Shown: piece after piece, positions 1 through 12,300 of the stretch
Layout: every line of letters begins with the position of its first letter
Numbering within the stretch: position 1 is the first letter of the stretch
DNA from: Azolla caroliniana
Lineage: Eukaryota > Plantae > Polypodiophyta
Direction: 5' to 3'
NCBI GenBank assembly: GCA_043228905.1
Contig: JBHGNT010000018.1
Location: forward strand, 9,362,001-9,426,000
DNA length: 64,000 bases
The notes under the pieces: generated by a model
Database searches by the model: none
What the model saw: the letters and a program-made list of their open reading frames with translations, nothing else
Told to the model about the DNA's origin: nothing
Translations under genes and position numbers: made by a program

Positions 1-1019
1 ATGTAGTCCCTGACAGTCTCATTCGCTTCTTGCTTGAGGGCGAAAAGTTGGTCGATTGGGTTCCCTTTATTCCCTCGACTAGCGAAGTTTATCAGGAAAT
101 CGTCGATGACATACTCGAAGTCCGCAACGATGTCCTCATTCAAGGTTCTAAACAAAATTCCGGCTTGTTCATCGAGTGTAAGTCCAAATGTGGCTACTTT
201 GGTAGTCTCTGTGAGGGGCTCATAAGTGTGACAGATATGCTTGAACCTCTCGACGTGATCATAGGCGTCACCAAAACCGAGAAAACGGGGCACTAGTTTA
301 GAAATGGAAGCACTCTTCCCGTTGTCGTTTGTAGGGTTTCTCGAATGGTCTGTGGGCGCTCGCTCTTTTTCCATCAATGCCATGAGGGTTTGGGTGGATT
401 GTAATTCTAGTGCGAGTTCGGCGTTTGGGGGTGTCGAGGCAGTTTGGTCGGGTGTAGGGGTCGTGTCCATACATGGTGGTGTCGGATGTCGTTGCATGCG
501 GGCTTCGTGTGGACTATCGCCCGTTGTGCTCAAATGTGGTGTGGGGCTGAGCTCACGGCCTCGACAGTGTGTATGTGACGATGCTTCTAGGAGGTGAAGT
601 TTTTGTTGAACTCGTGCGAATCTGTCTTTCTTTTCTCCCAAAGCGGCTTTGATATCTCGGGTGATGCTTTCCGGCTGTCCTCCTTTCACGAGTTGCATCA
701 TCCATATATTGATTTCTTGTTCTATTACACGTAACTCTTGTGTGGCATCCCGTATGTGTTGTTCTACGTTGAGCGGGTCTGCCATTGGGCTCTCCTGTAG
801 TGGGGGTGTGTTGAAAGGTGCTTTAGTTACTGGGCTCAATGGGAGGTTCATGTTTGGTAGCATCCCCGGAGTTAACCACCCTTCGTGGTATCGAGTCAGG
901 TTAGATGGGTCAGCATCGTGCATTTGGTTGGTTTGGGTGGACTCCTCCAGGCGTGTGCGTCGGGTTTTGAACATCTCTATCCATGAGGATCCGACCATGT
1001 TCTCTTGACATCAAGCCTT

Positions 1020-1320
1020 GCGGGTTCGTCGAAAGATGAGGGTTTGGCAAACTTTGACCTTTCATCGAAAGATGTAGGTTCGTCGAAAGATGTGGGTTTG
1101 GCAAACTTTGATCTTTCGTCGAAGGATGCAGGTTCGTTGAAAGATGATCTTTCATCAAAAGATGTGGGTTTGGCATACTCTAATCTTTCGTCGAAAGATG
1201 TGGGTTCATCGAAAGATGAGGGTTTGACAAACTTTGACCTTTCATCGAAAGATGTGGGTTCGTCGAAAGATGCGGGTTTGGCAAACTTTGATCTTTCGTC
1301 AAAGGAGGCTTCCCTTATCG
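1020..1320. repeat. Tandem repeat with 54-bp units built from 18-bp subunits (FDEPTS-FDERSKFAKPSS on the minus strand)
   Basis: TCGTCGAAAGATG...GGTTTGGCAAACTTTGA recurs at 1026, 1080, ~1206 and ~1260. ORF 977..1459(-) shows the peptide repeat. Confidence 0.9.
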
Positions 1321-1514
1321 AACTCTGATCTTTCAACAAACTTTGAGTGGGAAATTTGAATTTGTTGGCGCCAACGGCCATTTCGTGTCCCGTAGGATGA
1401 TTGTAATCAGCGAGAATCGCGGTGATTATTCTTGCCCTGCAACAACTAAATCTCAACAATCCTTAGCTATAACCAGACGAATAGCTTGCTAATGTCCGGG
1501 CGATTAAGGAAAGG

Positions 1515-1660
1515 GCAAATTAAAACTACAAAATAGAAATTTAACTTAATTAAAATGTGAAATAATGAGCATAAAAAACAGAAATTTAACTTAATTAAAA
1601 TGTGAAATAGTGGGCATAAAAAATAAAAAATAAACTTAATTAAAATGTGGAATAGCAAGC
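1515..1660. repeat. AT-rich tandem repeat, ~3 copies
   Basis: AACTTAATTAAAATGTG(A/G)AATA recurs at ~1543, ~1588 and ~1633. Confidence 0.8.
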
Positions 1661-4276
1661 CTTTTAATTAACACAAATAGTGGTTTCCTTTCTATTTCTT
1701 CCCTCATTAAGTGGGTTGCCTATGAGTGTTTGACCACTCGAAATCGGCTTCAAGCATCTGTAGTATCCCTGGCAGCAGCGCCAAATAGAGGTGTAAGATC
1801 TATGTATCGATGGAGTTAACTCCTCGATGTCGTTTACGGAGTTCGGGCCGGCGTATACCCTTTTGATGGCGAATCGGGCGAAGATGGTTGTCGACTACCT
1901 ATGCCTTCGACTCGAGAGTTGAGACTTGACAATATATACACAGGTAAACTATACATATATACTTTGCTTCTGTCAATAATGGCTTATTTTTAGATCTTGT
2001 GTTTGTAGAAGATTGAAAGAATTCATTGTATATTTCTAGTATGCATTATTAAAGAGTCTTGTAAACATTCTTAGTTAAAGGGTCTAAAATTGCATTCAAA
2101 TCTTCTATACCCTAGCATTAAAATATTGTGTTCCTTGTGTGTTTTTGAGTTTCTCATGTGGATTGTGGCAGAGGGTTGCATTGTGGCTTGTCTGGATGTT
2201 TTACAATTAACCCATGTTGTTGTTGCCATGGTATAGAAGATTTGTCATGTTTTAAACTTCATTTTATATTTACCAACTCTTAAGAATACATTAGATGTAT
2301 TCTCACAAAGAGAACTTCATGTGCATTTCTGATGATGTAGGTTGGCAATACTGAGGGGAATACTGATCTGACAAGCATAATGATGCAGAGGTTTTGGGAT
2401 TCAACCATTGCATCAGAAACTCTAGAAGATGAGGATGATGAGTTTTTCTCAAGTTTTAATAGTTGATGAATGTCATTCATATGATTTACTTATTTTTACA
2501 TGGTCATCTCCAAACAGTGATATTTCTATAACAAACTCCAATGCCCTAACGTATGCAAGATCGTCAGGTGCCAAGGTATTATGCTCATTGTTGGTTTAGT
2601 TATTTATCATGCCTTTTGGCCATGACAATTGACAATATCTTTCCTAAATTATCTTTAAAATAAAGAGGTTGATTATTTAAAAGCTTTGAGGTTTTTATCA
2701 TGTTAAGTTAGTTTTGAGCAAAATATATACTTGTTTGTCTATCAAGAGAATTCCTTGTTCAGATATATATCTCGGTGTAGCTCAAGCTTTGGCAATATTC
2801 AAAGTTTATTTTATTCAAATGACATTCAATAGTGTCTTAGAACACAATTATTTTCAGGTTCTGAAGCTGCATTTTAACTACTCTCAAGGAGTGGCAAAGG
2901 AAAATATTCCTCGTGAATCCCAACGTAATACCAAGTTCTAACATGGAGGACTAGAGTAAACATACAAAGACAACCAAAATTGGTGATTGACGACATACAC
3001 CTAGCTACAATCGTGGTTGGGACAAGCATGCTTGCACTCTTAAAACGATCAAATACATAAGTATGCCAACCATAGACTTATGCATCTTAAAGTGCATCTT
3101 TCAGGAATTTTTTTGGAAATTCATCTTAAGGCTATCAAAAAAAGCCTTGATAGCCCCGTGTATTACGTAATTGGCGATTTTGTCATTACCCTTGTTGAGA
3201 ATTTTATGTAAGAGTTGAAATGACATTCAAATCACAAATGATGAGTTTCTAAATGCGATCTAAGAGTATATATGATATTTGCAATTGTCGTAAATGATGT
3301 TTTGTGTATGCAAACTTTGTTGTCTTCCATAAAATCCATCCTACATTATATTTATACAAATTTTGACAACATTGTAATTGTTAAATGAGTATGTGTTGAA
3401 AGAGACAAGGGTGATGGCTTTTTTGTTGTGTTATCTTTTTCCTTCTTGTGTCCCCCCCTTCCAGAAGTAACCTCTTTATGTTTTATGTGCTATGTTGTTA
3501 GTCTTCTATCAACTCGGGGGATAGAGAGCTCAGATTAGTACCCCTAGATAGGTTGTTTGGTCACAAAATATTACTCATTGACTAAATTTCCACATCAATG
3601 TGTCAAAACAATGACTTCATTGTCTCTAAACTGTTGGCATGACCATCTCACTTTAAACTCTCTACATTACATTGTTGGGATCTCTAACCATGCTCTTTGT
3701 CTCGCTTTCACACACACTTTTGGTTCTCTCTTTAGGGATGCCTCACACACAATCTCATCACATTTACTTATCTTCCATATATCCTAGGTATTTTAATTTT
3801 CTTATTCTCTTTGGAATATACATGGATTGTGTATATATGATTCCCATATTGTAATTGGAATCCATACATTATGCTATTTCAACGCACTCTACAATATTGG
3901 TAGACATTATGGACACAAAAAAAATACGAAAGGCAAAGGAATGCGCTTTTTTTGTGATTTATTTGATTTTGTATTCGGCAAAAAATAATTTATTTGATTT
4001 GGTATGCGCTAAAAAAATAATTCAACATGTTCCGGTTGACATTATTACTTGTAGGAAAGTGGCCGGTTAAATTTTTTAAATTCTGGTTAGGTTCATAAGA
4101 CATAGGAAAATTTCCGGTAGGGGCTAGAGACTTTGCCCAACATTGTCCTCATCAAATGTTGTGTTATGGTGAAAGTTAAAAAGTAGGTTAAAGGACTGAA
4201 GGTAGATTGGTCACAATCATTAGAGATTCCTCAATGTCATGTAGGACCTTCAGTCATGCCTTATTAATGACGATAT

Positions 4277-5017
4277 TGTAACGCTTGTAGGAATGCATGA
4301 AGTGGAGGTTATTCATTGTAGAGGGGAAACTCATCCATTATGCTTATTTGTCAAAAGTTAAGCAATACATCTAGATTAATATGTGTTATAAGTTGAATTT
4401 AAAGGTCTCTAGTAGTGGTGAGAGTCTGATGGTTTAAATCAAGGAAACATGCAATGGAACTATCTCATATAAGTAGAAAGGGAAGTACACATTGATCTCC
4501 TCTAAAAATAAGACAACCCCTTGCAGAATATGTAAACTTGGTAACAATGAAATCCATAATATTCAAGGCCACAAGCTACACTCGGATCGACGCAAGAAAT
4601 TGATTAATAATTAAACATACTCATAGTTAATTATAACACTTAATTTAACTTTGTCTTCTACAGGCTTTGTTATAATACTTACATTGAGGGTCTTGTTGCG
4701 TAGGTATGAGAAATCATTGTTGGCCTTTGAAAATGCAAATATTTGTCCTATAATAAATGTCATTGTGTTACTAACAATAATGTGTCCAATGAGGGTAGTC
4801 AGACCTCATATTTATAGCCAGACCTAAGGCCCCCAGACAAAGACAAGTTCACACTTGGCCATAATGGGTTGTCTCAATCCCAAGGATTAAAAGTAATCCT
4901 TCCATTCTTTGCACTCTCGTTTAACCCTCACACTTTATCCACGTGTATAGAATACTACGGTACAATCTTACCATGGGATATTATATGGTCATGCCTGTAA
5001 CAGTTGGTATTAGAGCC
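4277..5017 (+). mobile_element. Old LTR followed by a tRNA-iMet PBS
   Basis: TGTAAC at 4277 ... TGTAACA ending at 5002, then TGGTATTAGAGCC (5005-5017). The start boundary is uncertain. Confidence 0.4.
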
Positions 5018-5359
5018 TTTTTCCTAATGTTTCTTTTTTTTATTTGTTTTGTTGGATGGTGATCAATCGACGTTCATTCGAGGTGGATCCAGATACACAT
5101 CAACAAAGGAACTTCGGTATTTTCCTTTATTACTATTTTTTTTCTATTCTTTCTTCTCCCATTCTAATCATGTCCATGTCATTTTGTATTAATTTCAATC
5201 ATGAAAATATGTTGTAGTAATAATTGGTTGTATAAAATGTTTACATATGTGTATGAGGTAAATACTTCAATTGACATATAATTGATATGTGATTTGTGTC
5301 GTATGTGTACGAGGTCAATACCTCAATTGAGTATTACGTTCACATACATATGTTACATA

Positions 5360-5817
5360 TGTTAGGATGGGATCGTAGATTTACAAACAAGATATATTGA
5401 AATGTACAAACAAAATGCAAAGTACATAGAGACACACTGAGTTTTACGTGGAAACCCTAAACGAGGAAAAGCATGGGAAAACAGATCTTCCACTATACAA
5501 TAGAGAATACAAAGGAGACAATATACAACACTCTCTGTATAGAGTGCATCAGCCATGTAGGGCTCTTGGCGTCTAAGCTCACACAGCTATGACGCCGATC
5601 ACCTCTCTCTCTCGCTCTCAGTCTCACAACTCGTAGTTGTAGAGACTACTAATCTACTGTTTTGTTCTACATGTGTATGTTTGCCCTAAGTGTATATATA
5701 CTGATACACCTTATGGGTTATTTACAAATGTAGTCCATATTACTCTCACTTCTATTATTATACTAATAATAATAGTAGTTAATCAACCAACAATTCGACT
5801 AGTCGACACCTGTGTCG
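5360..5817 (-). mobile_element. Copia-type LTR fragment, related to the adjacent LTR starting at 5818
   Basis: Starts TGTTAGG. Shares TTTTACGTGGAAACCCTAAA and CCCTAAGTGTAT blocks with 5818-6121 and 13177-13330. Confidence 0.55.
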
Positions 5818-7152
5818 TGTTGAGAAATGAATCGTTAACTCACAAGATGAATACGCTGAAATACACAACTCAGAACACACACAACAACAATGTACACAGA
5901 TTTTACGTGGAAACCCTAAATGGGGAAAACCAGGGGAATAGAGCTTCACTATACATTGGATATACAAACATAGAAAATTACAACACTCTATGTGGAGTGT
6001 ATCAGCCTCACAAGGCTCTTGGTGCCTCCTATTTTACACACAGAACTATGGCGCCACTCTCTCACTCTTCTTCCTCTCGCGCTTCACTACAACACTCTTA
6101 CTCTCTCTTTCTATTCTACGTTGTCGCGTGGCGTGTGACACACGTGCCAAACGTCGGGATGTGCGCGTCACAAGCGCGGACAAGCACCGAGCCTCTATCC
6201 GCTAGTGGTTATGGATGATGGGAGGCTGAAGTGACGCACTAATGTGGTTAGAGTGAGAGAGAGAGAGAAACAAAAATTGAGGAAGTTTTTAAGATAGATA
6301 GATAGATAGATACACATCACCAATAAGATAACTAAGTTTTCTTATTGTTAATTTTCGATTTGATACATAGATTGTTTGATTCATCCATTGATTGATCCCC
6401 CCCCATTACACAAGCCTTACGAGGGTTTTTATAGGTTTATCTATCCTTCTAACATGCACAAAACCATGGGCTTGAACCCATGGTTTTCGGCACACGGTTT
6501 TCCTTGTGGCATGCACAAAACCATAGGCTAAAACCATGGTTTTGTGTACACGGTTTTTTATGTTTGTTTCCTATGGAATACTAAATATGAGAAGGAAATA
6601 TACAAAATCTAAAGCACTTCGTAGTAGCGTTAGTGGTAAGATAATTGTTTCCTATCTTAGAAGTGCAAGATTTAAATCTTGCTTGCACCCTTCTACATGC
6701 ACTTGAATGTCATTAGACTCTAGGCTAATTTTTATATTTATAATCATGTGTATAATGTGTGTGGAGCCACACTATTTCACAATTTATCCCATTGGACACA
6801 GAACATCACGACATCCACCCCCACCAAACTGCACATCCTTTGGCATGTGCGAAGAAGAAAAGAGTGATGTGGCAGAGTCAAAAGGTGGTTTGTCTTTGAT
6901 TTCCTCCTTCCTTACTTCCTTATGCGTCGTCCTTTGTCCACCATTTTGAGTACATGCATTCCTTCCACATGATCAACCATATGATTCGATCGCCTTTTGC
7001 ATTTCCATGACCACTTGTCGTAGCCCCTTTTGCTCCTCCTAAGCGTAACTCTTCATGCATCGTACATGTACCGCCTTCATCTCGACCATCTCCTTGGTCA
7101 TCAAACTTCCTCGGATCATCTTTTCTCATCTTATGCTTGCTTTTCCTCATGC

Positions 7153-8349
7153 TCACAACATCAACATTATCATTAGACACATCCCAAACCATCCTAACAT
7201 TTTGTAGATTATCCTCAATACTATCAACTTTAATCCTGTCCTTCCACACATACTCACAACATCAACATTATCATGATACTCATCCCAAATAACATTTTCT
7301 AGATTTTCCATACTTATACCCTTGTAATCATTATGTAACCCCATGTCATCATGGACATATTTTTGTAGAATGTCCTCATCATCACAAATCCCTATTCTAT
7401 TTTCATAATGGATGTCCTCATGAATGTCACCATTTGATCTAGTGAAACTCTTATAAAATCTATCTCGAAGAAAACCAAGGCAACCTAAAACACACAATTC
7501 CTCTTCGTCACTCTCACCCTCATCATTACCCTCATCATAACCATATCCACAAAAAGTGCATAACTTTTGACCATCATAACCCTCATTCTTCTTATGGCAC
7601 TCACTCTTACCATCAATAATACACTCTCCCTTACTATCATCAAGCCCTAAATCATCATCATCATTACGTTTAAATGTAAAGTTTTTATCCCTTCCTAACT
7701 TCTTCTCTTGTTCGTGGTTCTCATTAAACCTATCATACTTGTCATAAGATTTTAAACCATGAAAGTCTTGATCCCAACTACTCTCACCGTCACGACCTTG
7801 GTTGAGTGCTTTTTCATTAGCACAACCATGAAGAGCTTGATTCGTCCACTTGTATTCATAGTAATCTTTGTCACGATCATAACCTTGTAGATATCGAGCA
7901 CTCTTTGTCAGTTTGTAATGATCTTTGTCTTTGTCATGACCGTGTAGATCTTGATTGGTCTCTTCAAGCCCACGTTCTTTGTTAGATGTCTCTTCACCAT
8001 TGCATCCTTGAGTATCTTCATCTTTCCTTACGAGTCCACTTTCTTCGCTGAAAGTCTCTTCATGACCGCATCCTTGAGTATCTTGGTCATTCCCCTCAAA
8101 TTGATGTTCTTCATTGCTTGTCTCTTTATGATTACATCCTTCTCGATCTTCCCTCTTGAGCCCATGTTCTTCATCACATGTCTCTTCACGACTGCAACTA
8201 TGCCGATCTTGATTATCTTCATCGTCGTCACCGCCGCGCAAACCATGAAAAGGTTGAGGCCCGAAACTTGATGTCAGAACCGCTTCGTACAAATCCAGAA
8301 CTTCTTGATATAGTCTTTCAGCTTGATTTGCCAATTTGAGATACTCCAA
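7153..8349 (-). CDS. Acidic, repetitive hypothetical ORF inside element A (no gag/pol motifs)
   Basis: 398-aa open frame rich in D/E/G/H with internal repeats (GCNHKETSNEE-like). The 5' end abuts a Copia LTR fragment. Confidence 0.35.
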   Translation of the reverse strand: MEYLKLANQAERLYQEVLDLYEAVLTSSFGPQPFHGLRGGDDDEDNQDRHSCSREETCDEEHGLKREDREGCNHKETSNEEHQFEGNDQDTQGCGHEETFSEESGLVRKDEDTQGCNGEETSNKERGLEETNQDLHGHDKDKDHYKLTKSARYLQGYDRDKDYYEYKWTNQALHGCANEKALNQGRDGESSWDQDFHGLKSYDKYDRFNENHEQEKKLGRDKNFTFKRNDDDDLGLDDSKGECIIDGKSECHKKNEGYDGQKLCTFCGYGYDEGNDEGESDEEELCVLGCLGFLRDRFYKSFTRSNGDIHEDIHYENRIGICDDEDILQKYVHDDMGLHNDYKGISMENLENVIWDEYHDNVDVVSMCGRTGLKLIVLRIIYKMLGWFGMCLMIMLML

Positions 8350-8351
8350 TG

Positions 8352-8655
8352 TGTTAGGAAACAGGTCCCTCCGGATGGGAAATGAGAAGAACAGTACTGA
8401 TGAGCAAACTCGGCCAAGGCCGAAACCGGATGTGGAGTACCCGACAACGGAAGACCCGATGAGAACCGGATGAAGAGTATTCGACTACGGAAGACCCGAT
8501 GAGAACCGGATGAAGAGTACCCGGCTAAAGCCAGATGGTGAAGGCCCGGTGAGAACTGGATGACAAGTGCCCGGAAAGAGCCGGATGATGCAGGCCCGGT
8601 GAGGAGCGCTCCATCGGGGCTATATTTGTAAATAGCCGAAAAGTCATATTAGTAA
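8352..8655 (+). mobile_element. Truncated Copia LTR of the C3 family inside element A
   Basis: Starts TGTTAGGAAACAGGTCCCTCCGGATGG, identical to the LTR starts at 26275 and 30276. Confidence 0.85.
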
Positions 8656-9398
8656 TGCCCCCATAACCACCTTGTGTTGTTCACATCGGGTTCACCAAAT
8701 AGATGTCGCGTGGCGTGTGACACACATGCCAAACGTCGAGATGTGCGCGTCACAAGCGCGGACAAGCACCGAGCCTCTATCCACTAGTGGTTATGGATGA
8801 TGGGCGGCTGAAGTGATGCACTAATGTGGTTAGAGTGAGAGAGAGAGAAACAAAAATTGAGGAAGTTTTTAAGATAGATAGATAAATAGATACACATCAC
8901 CAATAAGATAACTAAGTTTTCTTATTGTTAATTTTTTATTTGATACATAGATTGTTTGATTCATCCATTGATTGATCCCCCCCCCATTACACAAGCCTTA
9001 CGAGGGTTTTTATAGGTTTATCTATCCTTCTAACATGCACAAAACCATGGGCTTGAACCCATGGTTTTCGGCACACGGTTTTCCTTGTGGCATGCACAAA
9101 ACCATAGGCTAAAACCATGGTTTTGTGTACACGGTTTTTTATGTTTGTTTCCTATGGAATACTAAATATGAGAAGGAAATATACAAAATCTAAAGCACTT
9201 CGTAGTAGCGTTAGTGGTAAGATAATTGTTTCCTATCTTAGAAGTGCAAGGTTTAAATCTTGCTTGCACCCTTCTACATGCACTTGAATGTCATTAGACT
9301 CTAGGCTAATTTTTATATTTATAATCATGTGTATAATGTGTGTGGAGCCACACTATTTCACAATTTATCCCATTGGACATAGAACATCACGACAACGT

Positions 9399-12300
9399 TC
9401 TCGTGCCTTTCGGCTCCGGATCGTTTGTGTGAGTCGGTTGGGAACCACTGGGGTTTTGGACTAGGAGGAAGAATTTGAGACAAGTTTATGGTTATGGACA
9501 GATTTATTAGAAAGATAGGTAAGTTATGAATCTCATGAATCACACGAGTTTAGTGTATTTAATCAATATTTAGATAGTAAGAGACAATTTTGATCACAAC
9601 TTCATGAATCCCACAAATATATTATATTAATTGGTGTTTTAGGAAATATATCCAATTCCCCAAATATTTCCCCCTATTACATTGTGCTCTAAGAGTCTTC
9701 ACAATCCATGCTTTTTCTCTAACTATAGACTATATGCTTTATCTAACATGCTTTTTCTAACTTTAGTTTTCATGCACACTGCATGTGCATGATTAGCTTT
9801 CTATCCCATCTTTTTCTTTTAACTCGAGTGTGTATGTATGAGTAACTTTTTGTACCATGTATATCTAGAATATTTACATGGGATAAAATTTAGTATACCT
9901 TTAAAATTCATAATATGCTAGTATAGTGATAAGGCTTAACATTATTAACATGGAGGTGCAAGGTTCGAATCTTGCCCTATACATGTAATATATGTTTTTA
10001 TAGTTTCTTCTATTTACAAATATATCTCTTCATCCGGTGAGAGGCTCTCACCGGCTCTTGCCGGTTCTGCTTCATCCGGTTCTCGCCGGTTTTCTTTATC
10101 CAGTTCTTACCGGGTCCTCCTTACCAGTCCTCTTCGTCCGTTTCTCACCGACTCTCACCTGCCTTCTTCATCCGGCTCTTGCCGGGTCTCCTTACCTGTT
10201 TCGATCCTTACCGGTTCCTCCTTCTAGTTCTCACCGGGTACTCCATGTCCTATCTGGAGAGACCAAAAATGTAGTTTTTCACGTAGTGTACGAAATACAC
10301 TACGACACTCGCCCCCTCCGAACCCGCACATCCTTCGGTATGTGCCGAAGTTGTCGGTATGTGTTCGGTCTCCGGTTTTTGGTTGCCGGCTCCGCCCGGT
10401 TTCCGGTTCAGTTCGATTGCCGGCTCTGTCCGGTCTCCGGTTACCGTCCCTCGTAATTCTTCATTACTTGTTGTACCCTCCGTTTCTCTTGCAATGCCAG
10501 CTTTGTCTTTCCATTTTGAGCACATCCATTATTTCCATCCGAACCATTGTCGCCATCCGATCCACCATAGTCTTCGTTCAATGTTTGCATGGCCATGGTA
10601 GGTTGTCGCGGCTCCTCGTGCTCCTCTTGGGCATAACCTTTCATGTCTTGTGCATGTTCCATGCTTCCCACTTTGTTCACTTTTATCGTGTAATCTTGCG
10701 TTAGAGTTGACAATCTTCATGTTAGAGCCCTCCTCCTTTGTTGAGATCTCATCCTCGGTAACACCCTTTAAATCCGCTTGGCCCTCGGCATCCGTGGTAG
10801 TGTCTTTTCTTCGCCTCTTTGTTGTAATCGTCGGCCTCAATCTTTTTGACCCCTGGTTTAGTTGGATTAGCTTCTTTCCGATTCGGTCTCGTCCGATCTG
10901 CTTTCGGTTGGATCGTATTAGCTTCTTTCCAATTCGGTCTCGTCTGATTGGCTTTTGGTTAGATTGGCTTTCGATCAAATTCGTATTCAGCTGAATCGGA
11001 CTCGGTTGATCGGTTTGGACTGAGTCGGCCCCCTTCCGGGTCGGTTTCGATCTATCGGTTTCTGTTTTGGTTGGCTTTCTTTTCCTCGTTTTCACTAGCC
11101 TCGATCGGTTCATCATCCGACTAAGTCGGATTAGCTTCTTTCCGGATCGGTCTCCTCCGATCATCTTCCATCCGAACCGGCTTCCGACTTTACCTTTCTT
11201 GCCGCCACCTCCCGTCTCTCTGGTCTCACGTTGCTTCTCGGACACAACCGCCGAAGTCTCTAGGATTAGTGGGCAGGAATCCTCGGTATTATCGTTCTCC
11301 ATCGTTTCACACATATCCACCTTGGCTATCTCTCCATTGTATGCATCAGCTTCGGCCTTCATTTTCTCTCCGCCACCTTCCGTCTCTTCGGTCTCACGTT
11401 GCCTTTCAAACGCAACCGCCGAAGTCTCTAGAACTAGTGGTGGGAAAGTCTTCACACGGCCATCCGCCATTGATTCGTCCATAGCCACCTCCGATTCGAT
11501 GTCATCTTTCGTGGTGACCTCCTCAATCAAGTCCGCCTCACACTCTTTATCTCCATCAATTATGAAAGCATCTATTATGCTTACCTCTTTCTCATCCGAT
11601 GTCTCGAACACTCGTATTCCGAAACCTTCTTCCGTTCTTGAAGTGGTGTTCGCCACTCTCAAGTCATCGACCTTATCCTTGGTCGTCGTTCTTTCGCAAG
11701 AAGAGAGGGTAGCTTGTTTTACGCCCTCTTCCATCGCACCATCATGTTGTATTTCGGCCTTCATATCGGCTCCATCGTTTGTCTTCAATCGGCCATCCTT
11801 CATCGGCCATGTCGTTGACAAGATTCTCATCTTCCTCTCATCATGTCTCCAGCATACCCTTTGGACTTCGGCCCAATCTTCGGTAAGACCATTCGCACCA
11901 TCATCGTCTTCGAGTTCGATCCCCATGTCCATCCTTTCTTTTCAATCGATCGATTTTACGAACATTAGGACTTTATCCTCCCCCACCAATCGTTGTTCCC
12001 GTTCCGAGAGTCGAGCAACACGATCTTTCTTGTCGGGTTTTGTTGCCGTATATTGTAGATTCTTTCTTGTAACTCATCCGTGGCTACCCGACTGAAGGAT
12101 ATCACTTGCAATCCTTCCAGTATCCCACATCGCATCATCTCCGCCTTGTAGTCATGTAGATAGCATGACACATCATTTCCGTTGAATTCCCCATTTCGTA
12201 GCACAAGCCGCTCTACTGCCGCCTTCATCTCCGTTATCGTGCGTTGTTCTTGTTGCATCCGCTCAATCATCATCATCATCATGTTCATCGCCTCTTGTTG

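Larger units (their letters stand above)
1..1783 (-). mobile_element. Degenerate 5' internal region of a Gypsy (Athila-like) LTR retrotransposon with a tRNA-Asp-type PBS
   Basis: The reverse complement of 1766-1783 is TGGCGCTGCTGCCAGGGA, close to the Athila-type PBS TGGCGCCGTTGCCGGGGA. Downstream on the minus strand are only broken, repetitive ORFs. Confidence 0.45.
6122..9394 (-). mobile_element. Non-autonomous Gypsy-type LTR element A: LTRs 6122-6813 and 8704-9394, tRNA-Trp PBS, 4-bp TSD ACGT
   Basis: Near-identical ~691-bp LTRs TGTCGCG...CACGACA. PBS TTCACATCGGGTTCACCA at 8680-8697. PPT TCCACCCCCACC after 6813. ACGT at 6118-6121 and 9395-9398. Confidence 0.9.

Noticed and set aside
1950-4270. 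Host gene in the AT-rich stretch
   Set aside because: Only short, unconvincing ORFs and no recognisable domain. Probably decayed repeat or intergenic DNA.
9915-9980. Functional tRNA genes within LTRs
   Set aside because: A/B boxes are present but the acceptor and anticodon stems do not fold properly. Reported as tRNA-like modules only.
11067-12095. 342-aa plus-strand ORF and many other short ORFs in the track
   Set aside because: Antisense or alternative-frame shadows of TE ORFs and LTR low-complexity sequence.
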